Shown here one piece after another: positions 1 to 11,855 of a DNA stretch of 64,000 nucleotides (positions are counted from its first letter, which is position 1; each line of letters begins with the position of its first letter). A program made the position numbers and the translations under genes. Source of the DNA: Phoronis australis (lineage: Eukaryota > Animalia > Phoronida). The notes under the pieces are model-generated. The model saw nothing but the letters and a program-made list of their open reading frames with translations. It was not told the origin of the DNA and searched no databases. The stretch is from the NCBI GenBank assembly GCA_002633005.1, contig NMRA01000692.1, positions 135,933-199,932 of the forward strand, in the 5' to 3' direction.

Positions 1-3000
1 AGTCTTGCCTGTAGTGGAGGGTTCGCCGTTTGATGACGCATGTGTACTGTCTTTGTTAGAGGGGTCTGTCACCAATGGTTGGGTCTGTGGAGGGGGTGCT
101 GAGGGGGTGATGGGAAGTCTTACAGGACTGAAGGTGAACCTGTTGGTGGAGTGCTGGACTTGGGGCTTGACAGCTGCAATGGGGGATGTATAGGACTTGC
201 TGAAAGAGAAAAGGTCATAAATTATCTTAAATTGCTTTGACCTTCGTCAATAAATTTTATCTGGCGGACAATTCTCCAGCTGACCTTAATCATCCATCAT
301 ATGATTTCCCCCAAAACCAAAACATTATGTTTCGCAGGTGTTCAAACTTTGAATGGCATCTGAAGCCACAACTAATCTACAATGTCAATTAACACCAGTG
401 CACAAAAGGTCCATCCCAATTAATTGAAGACAATTACCTGAACAGAATCTTTGATGACCACTGCTGTGTCCCAGGTGAGATTAAGATCCTTGAGGTATTG
501 AAAACACCTGAATTAGATGAACTGGATAGTGCACTGGGTCTGGTCACAATGGGCAACGGTTTGACTGGATTTCTGGAAAAACAAAAGAAACAAAAAACTG
601 CAAGACTGCAATTAAATTTGGAGGATGGGGGGAGGGAGGGTTGACTGAAAAGGTGGCAATCTGAGTAAAGATATTAATAAGTATTTTCAAGGGCTGTTTT
701 TCACTGTGTGGTTGACTCGATCCCATGTAGCACAGTTGTTTAATTGGTCTTGAAAATCTGGATTTGAAATATGTTTGAAACTACTTATCAAATACATGAA
801 AGGGAACTAGTCTGTGAGTAATGGTTATACCACTGCCAGCCATGTGAGTTTCATTCTATAGACAAAAATCTGCATGCAACCAATTTGCTATCGAAACACT
901 AAGTCATTTTCTAAGTTTTCATATTTTTAAAAGCAGCGTCAACCAATAAAAATTTCAATATTCGCCAATTTGACATGCCAAGAATTGTATAATGACATTT
1001 GCCTCACCTCAGCATGCAACTGTATCTGTCTGGCCCAATTATGTTTCACACCCAGAATTAAGAGCATAATATTGCAATTTGTACAACCATTTTAGGTTGT
1101 ATAAGTCACATTTCTTGTCCGATTTTCAAAATTCAAAAACCTGGCACCTGTGCTTTTCACGAACTATATTCAAGTATGCTATTCTTTCAAAACGAAAACT
1201 TAAAAATAATATTGTCGCCCCCAGTGAGTTTGCGATGGGTCTGATTATCTAAAGAACGAGAACATCAGCACTCTGCGGCCATGTAATTAACCACAACAGA
1301 TCAATGCCTGCAAATTTCGAGGTACGCAAACCAGTCGATTTGCAGCTCAATCTCTACTGTGGTAAGAGTGCCAATTAACGTAGGATTTTTACTACTTTCT
1401 GATGACTGAGCTATATCAATAATTACCCACTACACTAGCTGCATATTGACAGACAACCACCTTAAAACATTTGAGCTAGAACGTTTTATGTTAAAACATT
1501 TTAAACTTGTAATGATGTGAAAGCAAACTGTTTCACGTGAAATGTTTTAATTACACATAATTACATACAAGCATAATAATGTTTATTCTTTTAAAATACA
1601 AAAAACATTCAAGTACCAAATGATATGACTGGATAACATCTTGTATGACAAGTGGACGTGCCATTTAAAACAACTAATGGTTTAAGTTATTGGATTTAAG
1701 ACAAAGAACGCCGTGGTTAAACTCTGTATTACTTACATTACAATTGTGGTCCGTAATGCTGGACTTAGATACGCACATACAACACCATTTAACATTTAAA
1801 ACTTAACCTGTTAGTGGTATGTGAAGAGATTGCATTTTAATTAAGTAAACATTCCAGACTGGACCAAAATGTTTTAGCAATACAGGTTATTACTACATAC
1901 TGCCATCTGTTGACTCCTGCAGACACTGACATCTGTTGCTTCAGTCTAGTTATCTCACTCTCCTGCTTTCTATGCAGTTCCTTCAATTGGTTCTCATATT
2001 GCTGCTGAAGGTTCAACTGAAAGTTCTCCTGCTGGCTCAAACATTTTTCAAGATGTTGCTCAAGTTCCTGCTTCCCCTGTGGAAATACACAGATGCACAA
2101 ATAACAGTCATTGATTACATGCAGTTACCTGGTAGCTAGAAACCACAAGCCGCTGTCAACCATTCTGTTACAAACAACAATTAACTCCCTTCACAGGCGT
2201 ATTTCACTTTCACCAAACAAAAACTCGATCATATTCTAAATCCAGAGCTTCACCAGCGGAAGATTTGCCCTGTACCCCTTACAGTAAAATAAGTTTCTAA
2301 TCAAAAACCATTTCAACAACTGTACCATATTGTTCAATGTGTGGATCTCTTCCCGGTACTGCACTCTCTGCTGCGAGCAACGATCAGACACCTGCTTCTC
2401 AATCAACTCCCTTAGCTCTCGCTCCTGTCTCTCACACACTTCCTCCAAACGCTTCCGACACTGCTCTAGCTGGCAGTGGGTTGACCTATTGATCTTTCTA
2501 CCCAGCTCCTCCTCAACACTCCTCAGTACAGACTTGTGCGTGTCGCGTAGTTGAGCCTCGTAGTAGCTGTTCATGCTGTCCATTTTGCCGTTTAGTCTCC
2601 CCATAGTAGCCTCAAATTCATGGATGATGCTGTTAAAAGTATAATTTGCACATGTACACTTAACACCAAGAGGTAACCACACAGAAATTACCTCAAAATT
2701 TACCATCTACACTGCAGATCTTCCCTTTGCTCTCGGAAACTTTTATGTGAGTATTGCTTGGATTTGACTCTTCGACTTCAAGCTTGAAGCCATATAGTTA
2801 TGACTCTTCACGGCATGCATTTCATCGCCAGCTGATTATATCATAGTTTTCCATGCAGTTATCGTGCTACTCCTCATATAGTTCAAAACGATTGGGCAAC
2901 AATTTAAGCACAGCTGTCTTAAAAAGAAAAATTGACATCTAATTTGGTCATGCATGCCATGTATCTATTTGTCATAACATAGTTTAGTTGCATACTATAA

Positions 3001-6000
3001 GAATTAACCAAGGCATGCGGTATTGTAAATAATGACAAGCATTATAAATCTTGTACTCCTCCGAGTACATTAATACGAATGGTCGTTATCTTCAATACGT
3101 AACTGATGTTTGTAGTTTTTAGCTTTAAGATATTAGTTCATCGATATTTAAAAATCGAAAACCATATTGTACTATCATAGTGATTTTTCACACTGTCGTA
3201 ACGTTTATTTTTGATGAAAATTATTGGTTTAAGCATTTGAAAGTTCGTACAGGGAGAGATGTAACAGTTTATGGCCGGGTAATTACACTTAATTTGCCCA
3301 TGCTCGCACTGGACAATGCAGTCATCAAGACTGCAGCGTTTTACAGCTTCAAAAAATAAAAAATGGGGCAATTTGTAAGCAAAACTGAAGAATTTTTACT
3401 CAGTGCGAAATTTATTTAAACTTAGGAATTTCATACGTAGTTACACACTTCTGCTCAAGCTGTCTCAATGTTTCCCTGAACATCATTGTCTCCCTCTGTT
3501 GGTCCTTGCTATACTTCTCCATCAGATTGACATTTTCCTGTTGGTACCTGCTTTGTTCACTCGCAAGAACATCCAACTACAATGCAAACACTAACCATTA
3601 TTCAAACACTTTAGTTAAGGCCCTATCCCATACAGTTAACTTCACGACAATGGAAGCTTCGATGTTAACTGTGGTTAATCCTGAAGTTAAGCGTGAGTGT
3701 TCACATCAACTTCGGAGTTATAGTTACTGAAGTTATCACAGGGCAACAATAATGTGACTATCACCTTTTGCAATGCACTCTCAAACGTTTAGGGACTTTT
3801 TAAGGAAGAATAGGCCAGCAAACACATAGACTAACTGAAATAGAATGCTTATACTTCCAAAATGACAAATATTGGAACAAAAGATCAAAAAAATTAATAT
3901 TAACCAGTTGGCAAATGCAGTGACATCAAAGTTAGGGTGTTCTCATTATACCGAAGCATCAACGCTTCACTGTTCAATCCATCTCTAAAATGGGAGAGTT
4001 GAGTCATAACACTGGGACTACTAAATATTGTTTTGATAATTAATTTCACCCTCAACTACTTTGCCATTAATCCAAAAGCATTCTTAAAAAAATGAGTTCA
4101 ATCGATAATTTCTCCCTCAAAAAGTCAGGCATGCTAGCTGATGTAGAGCAAACTTGGCAAGAATTTTCGGCCAAACTAATTCCAAACCGTTAAGAATAAG
4201 CGGAGTTTGAAAAGCTTTGTCAGCATGATTAAGTAGCACTTCTAAATGGTACTGTTTTTTTATCCTAGTTGCAGTTGTGAATCTAGTCGCAGAGGCAATG
4301 TTGGAACACTATCCCTATTACAGGTTTAGGACTGCTGCAGCATACCTTATAGGCAGCTGATCATGTGGTGAACATGTTCATAAACACCAGTCAGCCATCA
4401 GGGCCTTTATTATCCACATTCTTTGGGGGGGGGGGAAGCTTCTATAATTGTGAATTAGTGATGTGTATAATAAGCTGATAAGCCACGCTGGGAACCATAC
4501 TTTCTGCTCAAGGCTTGGGATTTTGTTGACAAAACGGCTACTCCAGGAACATTAAAAATTCAAGAACCCGAATAGTCTATAATTTTACTCCTCTATTCAA
4601 ATTTATGGTTGCCATTGGTTTCATGTCCCAATAAGAAAATGGAAATTAGAGCCTGGAAGCTGTTTAGATATGATCTGATAAGAAGCCTGTATTTACCCTC
4701 ACCACGTGACCTTAGAGAACAGAGTCACTCAATTGATGAGTAGCCTCCTATTTAGACTGAAATGTCTATTAAGCTGACCACATGGCATTAGACAAATTAA
4801 AAAAAATTTCTCCAAATTCATCCTTATTTCCTTTAAAGGGGGATATTCACAGCATAGTGTGACCTACTATGCAAAACATAATGATAATAACATTAACTAA
4901 CACTGACATTTACTGCATTGTCAATGAATATGAAATTGTGCATTTTCATGAGAAAATTTGATAAATAATGATGAAGTTATAACATAGCCATTTGTGCAAA
5001 TAGTTAAAATCTAGTTTTGTAGATATTTGTAAATGTATATTCTTGTCAATTGGTGTTCCATATCCTTAGTAGATTACATTAACCAATCACCAATTAGTGA
5101 CTTTATGTCAGCAATTATCAATTTAATGGTTCCGTCAGACCAGATCAATGTACAAGTTATTATGCTTTTTGTAGTTGGTCTGTGTCGCTAAGCCACAAGC
5201 TGTAGGCTATCATAGCAGAAATTGAACATTAATAATTATACACACTTTGGCACAGTAGTTTTTCAGGCTTTCCTGGTTTCCCTTGCAACAGTCTCTCAGC
5301 TCCGACATTCCATGGCTTTGGTTTGACTCCAATACTTCAACATGCGATCGTAGACTGGCTATTTCAGCATTTTTCTAAGACAACAAGGGAGAACACACAC
5401 ACACACATTGATATATGTATGGTAGAAACTCTTTCACTTGGGACAAAAACAATTGCTAAATTTGCCATATTTCTGATTTTTCAGTTGTTTACCACATTGT
5501 AGCAAACGCATGAAATTTTACCTCATATTGTTTAGTAATAACCAACCATGCTAAAAGTAAAGTTATTTACCTCATTTGTCAAATTTGACAAAATAAAATT
5601 TCACTGCCTGCCACACTTGTTGTATGTATAATAGTTGGGAGTGTTGTGAACCTGCCTCAAGGTATTGTCATGGAACAAAAGGGAGTAATAAACCTTTTAT
5701 TGAAAGAGGACATGATGTCAACCTAACTGCTCAGTTGTATAATTTTGTAGTAATAATAGTAATTACAGCTGTCAAATACTGTGAAAGCCTAAAGACCTTG
5801 AATGGAAATCAGGCTTGTTTACCTGACCTGAACCCTGCCAAGACTCATTCACTGTATACTCACAGAAGCCACTTCCTCTTTCAGATGTTGAAGGCATTCT
5901 TTTTCCTTGTCCTTTTCTTTGAGAGCACGCAGAATTTCACTATATTGCTCAGTCATATGAGACTCGACTGGTGAACAAAACAATCAATTTCAGTAATGGG

Positions 6001-9000
6001 AACATGCCAAGTGAATTTATACAGACTTATATGGAACTTAAGTAACCCCTTTAAATCATTGGAAAAGTCTTTGCTTCAAAGACAAAATAATAAAACAATC
6101 AACAAGTTTGCTGTTTGATTTGGTAGCTTATAATGCATAAAGTTGTGTATTTCCTGCATGGAGAATGAACATACACAAGTATTAAAAAACAAAGTGGACC
6201 TATTCCAAAAATTGAAATTGAAATTTTTCAGCAATTTTTTCCACAATCTTTTAAAATTCCTTTGCAACTTTAAATTTATCATAACTTGAATCAAGCTAAT
6301 TCGGTTGACAACATTTTATTTCCTCCGTTATTGTTGTCAGAGTTTAAATATTTTCTTGAAGACGTGACTGTACCCAAAGAGACTATAGAACACAACGGCT
6401 AAACACAGGCAATAGAAAAAAAGACACATCAACCGCATTCTACACAGATAATTTTTGTACATCACAATTTATCATAATTTTTATATGAATTCATACAAGC
6501 TGTATTACATGGTATTATGGTTGATAAGAATTCATGTTAACGGTTGATATACTTTCTCAAGCACTGAAGCTTTAGCAACAATCGTAATAACAATGAGCAA
6601 GGATAAATAATTATAAAAATCTGTTTTCATTCAATGACGCCGCGGCTATGCATGGTCAGCCTGATGTGAACCAATATATCAACCACTTAATTAATGATAT
6701 GAGCCTGACACGAACCAATATCAACCACAATAAATGAGTGAGCCTTATATGAATCAATATCAGCCCGATATGTATGAATATCAACCTCAACGCGAGTGTA
6801 AAAATGCTCACTCTTCTCCAGGTATTTTTTAAGCGTCCTGTCATTACTCCTCAACCCATCCTGAATATTCTCTCTCACAGCTCCAACAGCGTCACTTACT
6901 TCTGATGAACACTTCTTCACAGTTGAAACAATAGAATCCAACAAATCTCTAAATAAAGAAATAATGAACTTGAAGAAAGACTTTCTCACTTACACTGGTC
7001 ATTGCCGAGATTCCCTTTGCTCTCAGACAACTTTATAATGTCTAACCAGCACGACCTCTATATTTAAGCAAATGAAGCGGAAAGGTAATGGCTAGTACTA
7101 TTTCCTCACCAATGGTAGTTGTTATTACAATGAAATCAAATTTCCCTGACATATGAACAGAGCTACAGCCTGAAATGTCGAAAGTATGGGTTTGATTACA
7201 TTTTAGATATCATGAAATAAGTAAAAAACAGCAACTGGGGTTCATCTTGACAAATGGTCATTTCCCAAACGATCGTTGCTTTTGAATATGTTTCCTAATT
7301 GTTTCGGTGATCTTATTTTTAATACTCCAGTCTAGTTTGTTTTGTTTGCCACTGAGCTGAATACCGAACATCATAGTTTTCCGGTTAGCGTGATTAAATA
7401 CTACTCAAATAAAATAGTTTGACATGAATGGCTGATAAGAGCTGTCTTAAAAGCTATTTAGATCTAATTTGATCATCGTTGTATTTGTTGTAATGTAGCT
7501 TAGTTGTATACAGAAGAATAAACCATGTGGTATTGTTAATTATGATCAGCGTTTGGAAATCCTCCGAGTATATTGATACGCACGGTCCCTTAGCTACAAT
7601 CTGTAACCAATGTTTGTAGTTTTCAGCTTATTAGTTTATTGATATTTAAAATCCAAAACCATACTTTGTTGTTTTTTAAAGCTGATTGTATTTATATGCG
7701 CTAACTGCGAAGCGATACCGAAGCTAAACCAATAGTGGGAGACCAAAGAGGGTCACTGACCTGAGAATCAAAACAATATGATAATGAGTACGAGGCAGTA
7801 TATTTAATACTTAAATAATATTTAATGAAAATTGATGGTCTGAATTTTGAAAATTTGCCAGTATGAATAGGCACAGATGTTAACTATAGTTTTTTTATGG
7901 CCAGGTAATTACACTTCATTGGGTATTGCTCGCACAGACAATGCAGCCATCACAACTGTGTTTGACTCTGGTGCCGCGGTCACTTTGATCCTAGTAAAAA
8001 CCTCTCAGAACAAGATTAAAGGTGCAGCATTGAAAACTGACGCATATCTTTAAAAATGCATGTTTTCCTTGTAAGCGAATTATTCAAGGCATGTAAAGAC
8101 GAATTTAAATTTAATCTTAGCTATATAAAAAGTCAGTTTTCTTGGAACGGGCCCTTGGCTTCTTGTAATCTTACACAATGCTGTTGACAATGAATACCAC
8201 AGCTTTTCCAGGTCTTTTCAATTCCGGCAGTATTTCCTTTCAATGAATACATTAAATAAAGCAGAAATAACTTGCCTATCATCCCTCTCCTTAGCCTTGG
8301 CCTTGCTTACTTGCATGTGTTGCTGAAAGTTTCTACCAGAACCTAGACTACTGCTGGCATGACTGTCCTTGTTGAAGATGGACGGCTTGGATATATATCT
8401 CTGGTAATGTCTCCGTCCAGGAGACTGGGGAATAGATTTGACAATTTACATTGACTTACATTGTCCAGATGACATTTTTCAAGATGTAGTATGCAGGTAG
8501 GCCTACAGATCCCAGAGTCAATACTAATGAAATCAGTATAGCATTTCATCACCGCTGGCTTACTAAATCATAAACACCAATGAGCCCAGTCACTGGCACC
8601 ACTCTACCTCTACAAAGTCCTGAGTCACCAACCCACTTGTTATCGTCCTAAGTTTATGCTAGCAAAAAATAAAAAAATAAAGTAGTTGAGTTGTTACATC
8701 TCATTTGCATACCCGTGTATTTTCATCGCTCCACACTCGGGCTTAATTATACATCACATATTTGCCGACGGGAATGGCAAGTGCATTGATTGTCAACGAA
8801 AATATAGGCATATTTGATGAAAAATAGAAATCTGGGAATCCTACACTGAACATTTGGAACAATTTTTGTTGTTGTGAACAACATTACGGGTGATACACGA
8901 GTACTGGCATTCCTCTCAGCAAAGACTCAAGAACATACTTTGCTGAAAAATTTCTGCACTCTCAGGAAACCTGCTGTCACTTCCATTTGACCCTGTATGG

Positions 9001-10120
9001 AATATTTTTTTATTGTGAAGTGTTAAGAACCAGAGTGATAAGAATTAAATGTAACGGGAAACATATGTTAAATAAAACGTGTATTCTCGGCAGCCTTGCA
9101 TGTGAAGGGCGTGTTCCATCACGAGGTGGTACAATGGGTTGTCAATCATCACATATGGTACATGGGCAGACTTAAGTATACAAACAATGGAGATGACCAT
9201 GTTACAGTGTTGTCGCTGCACTCTTGGGTTGTCACTCGAACCCAACGCCATCTTTATGATAGTGCAACGCTATGCTACACTTCACTGTCCGCCATACTGT
9301 GTCCTGAATGGTGAGATATTTTACCCGGTACCTGATTGAATTCCTGTGAGCTGCCAGCTACCAACTGTGAGTCCATTTGTGAGCTTAGATACTGGGAGTT
9401 GCTTTGGCTGGACGTGAGAACAGAGTCAGGGAAGTCATAGCGATTGCCAAGTACCTGACTGAAGTAGAGATGAACAAATATAAAGAACAAAGAAGGCCAG
9501 TAAAATGACTCATCAGGTCTACTGTTTGCGCTGACATATACCAATTAACAAACCACCAGGCAACAGTTGGATGTTGAGGTATTAAAGCCATGTGTCATTC
9601 TTGCCAATTGTCTGCTACAGCACCAATTGTCTGCTACTGAGCACCAATTGTCTGCTACAGCACCAATTGTCTACTACAGCACCAATTGTCTGCTACAGCA
9701 CCAAATGTCTATTACAGCACCAATTGTCTGCTACAGCACCAATTGTGTGCTACAGCAACAATTGTCTAGCTGCTACAGCACCAATTGTCAGCTACAGCAC
9801 CAATTGTCTGCTACAGCACCAAATGTCTACTACAGCACCAAATGTCTACTACAGCTCCAATTGTCTGCTACAGCACCAATTGTCTGCTACAGCAACAATT
9901 GTCTGCTACGGCACCAATTGTCTGCTACAGCACCAATTCCAAAACAATATTAACGAAAATTCCGCTTGATCTTGTCAAAGCAAATGATTGATGAGTAATT
10001 GACAAGTCACAATGTTCAAAATTTCAAGTTGAGTCAGCATTATCATTCTTACACGAGTGGGTCTACTCACCTCGGGTTGGTTGTAAACAAATCCTTTGAG
10101 CTTGATAGGTTTGAAAACAT
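1..10120 (-). CDS. IHO1: IHO1/CCDC36 (Mer2-family) meiotic DSB protein homolog; multi-exon, 3' end beyond the window edge
   Basis: Phase-consistent exons (minus): 10120-10071, 9458-9332, [possible 8992-8939], 8424-8276 (GC donor), 6948-6812, 5967-5864, 5374-5246, 3576-3449, 2629-2326, 2076-1901, 572-438, 199-<1. Protein: MFSNLSSSKDLFTTNPSQ...SQSNSQYLSSQMDSQ (SQ-rich)...HYQRYISKPSIF...FQQHMQVSKAKAKERDDRDLLDSIVSTVKKC, then a long coiled coil and an S/P-rich tail. It resembles human IHO1 as recalled (FTKYQTKPQLF; LEQFEEKKKRAKDKCDSETLYNFVSNVRE). Head-to-head with a C3orf84 homolog, as in human. Confidence 0.72.
9604..9938 (+). repeat. 19-bp minisatellite (CACCAATTGTCTGCTACAG) x about 17
   Basis: Direct inspection; it explains the repetitive spurious ORFs at 9567-9991. 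Confidence 0.95.
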
Positions 10121-11224
10121 CTAAAAATAAACATCCCGATTGAATGCTCAGTATATATGGTGGTGCAGTTCACCAATATTCATACTCTATTTGCTAAGTT
10201 GGCAGTGACAATAAAGATTGACGCAGCGAGTGTCCTACACGGAATTTCTGACAAACTGACTGCCAGACCCAAAACATGGATGCCGATCCTCGATCCAAAT
10301 CGGACCGACTACCGGCAACAGTGTATTCAATACCTTTTCACCCAATTTTTGTCAAACAAGCAATTACAGTGGATGGCAAATGTGAGAGGGGAGTTTTTGC
10401 TGCCTAATTGCAAATTTGGGACAAACTGACTGGAGCAGGATACTTTGAGGTGCGGCCATCATCGTTACCAAGACTAAGAATAATTGTTTATGCCCGATTG
10501 TTCAACCGTTTCAGCTCATGATGGTCGGATATAGCGATTCCTGAACGTGTCAACCAGTGTCCCCGTTTCCACTAATTTATGCAAATTTGAGGGCGACTGA
10601 AATGTGAGCCAGCAAAATTTCCAACCAAGTCGCCTGTATTACAATAAGACAGAACCGTCTGTAGCCCACTGAACCATCACTGACACTGATTATGCCGCTT
10701 ACTGACCTACCACGTCGCTGCATGCTTAGCAGGTTGTATACAACGGCCGTGTACTGTAGGCCTAGCTACACTTTGTCAACAACAGGACTGTCGAGTGTCA
10801 GCATGGACGGTGTCAGTTTCAGCATGCACAATTAGCCCGTAAATCCTTCATCACCTGACTCCGACTGGTCTAACTCTAAGTAAGCAAGTAGGCTACGCCA
10901 AGGAAAAATTTCAGAATCCAGAGTCGAGACCTTAGAGACTCAGATTAGAGTTAGAATAGATCAATTTCACCGTAGACTGTTGTCTATAATTTCACGGGCG
11001 ATAACGAAAGTAAAGGGGTAGGCCTGTAAATTTTGACGGAGCAATTTGCTACCAATCTCATCAATTAAAGTGGTCTCAATTAAAACTTATTTTTGACGGT
11101 CAAATGCAAGTTTATTGTAGCGTTAAACTCACAGTAACTGAATTATTTTGCACACCGACACCAACTTCTTTTTCGTCTGAGCAGACGACGTGAACTTTTA
11201 TGTCAAAGGCAAAACAATACTGAC

Positions 11225-11855
11225 CTCTTGTGCCGCTAAGTATTAGGCTAACACAGAAACTACAAACAGAACGTCAACTTTCACATGGAAGACATATAAC
11301 AAGTCAAATCACATAAATTAAACTTTAGTTAAGTTCTATACATTTAAAGTTTGCAATTTTATTAAAATTTTTTATGTGCCTGTGACACATGAGACGGGTT
11401 TTGTATTTCAGGGAGAGAATTCGGGAAACACAATTTCGACTGATTTTCGTTTGTTTAGCCTAACTCTGATTGCCATACTAACCAAAACTGTTACAATAAC
11501 GAGCTAATAACACAGAAAGTAAACTAAAAAATGTTTTATCAGGACACACACTTATCCCGCTCAAAGTGACCTTTGCTCTCATTCCCCCGAAAAAAGAGAG
11601 ACCGACATATGAGGTGTTTATTTACCTGATAGGTGAACAGGTATTGACTGCGTTGCCAGAACTGGTTCCTATTCAGTTTGATTACTGGGTCGTGGCAGTG
11701 TACATAGCAACAAGTAAACACTGACGTGTGTATTGTCACTAACCACGTTCTGAAGTATAGTGCCCTAGTTGACTTACTACCAATTTGTTTTCATTGATCG
11801 TTCACCTTATCGGCCTCATAGATGGTAACTGCTAATTAATAACTTATAAAGGAGG
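11225..11855. promoter_or_regulatory. Probable divergent promoter region of the IHO1-like and C3orf84-like genes
   Basis: The IHO1-like ATG directly follows an acceptor AG (10122-10121), implying a non-coding first exon; a candidate minus-strand donor AAGAG|GTCAGT sits at 11225/11224. The C3orf84 ATG is at 11856. Confidence 0.45.

Noticed and set aside
5420-5560. Similarity to 15800-15930 (TTGGGACAAAA..AATTGC.AAATTTGCCA)
   Set aside because: A short, diverged dispersed-repeat fragment with no definable ends.
9567-9991. Three overlapping repetitive ORFs (LLQHQLSATAPIVCYSTNC repeats)
   Set aside because: Translation of a 19-bp intronic minisatellite; open in all frames because the unit lacks stops.
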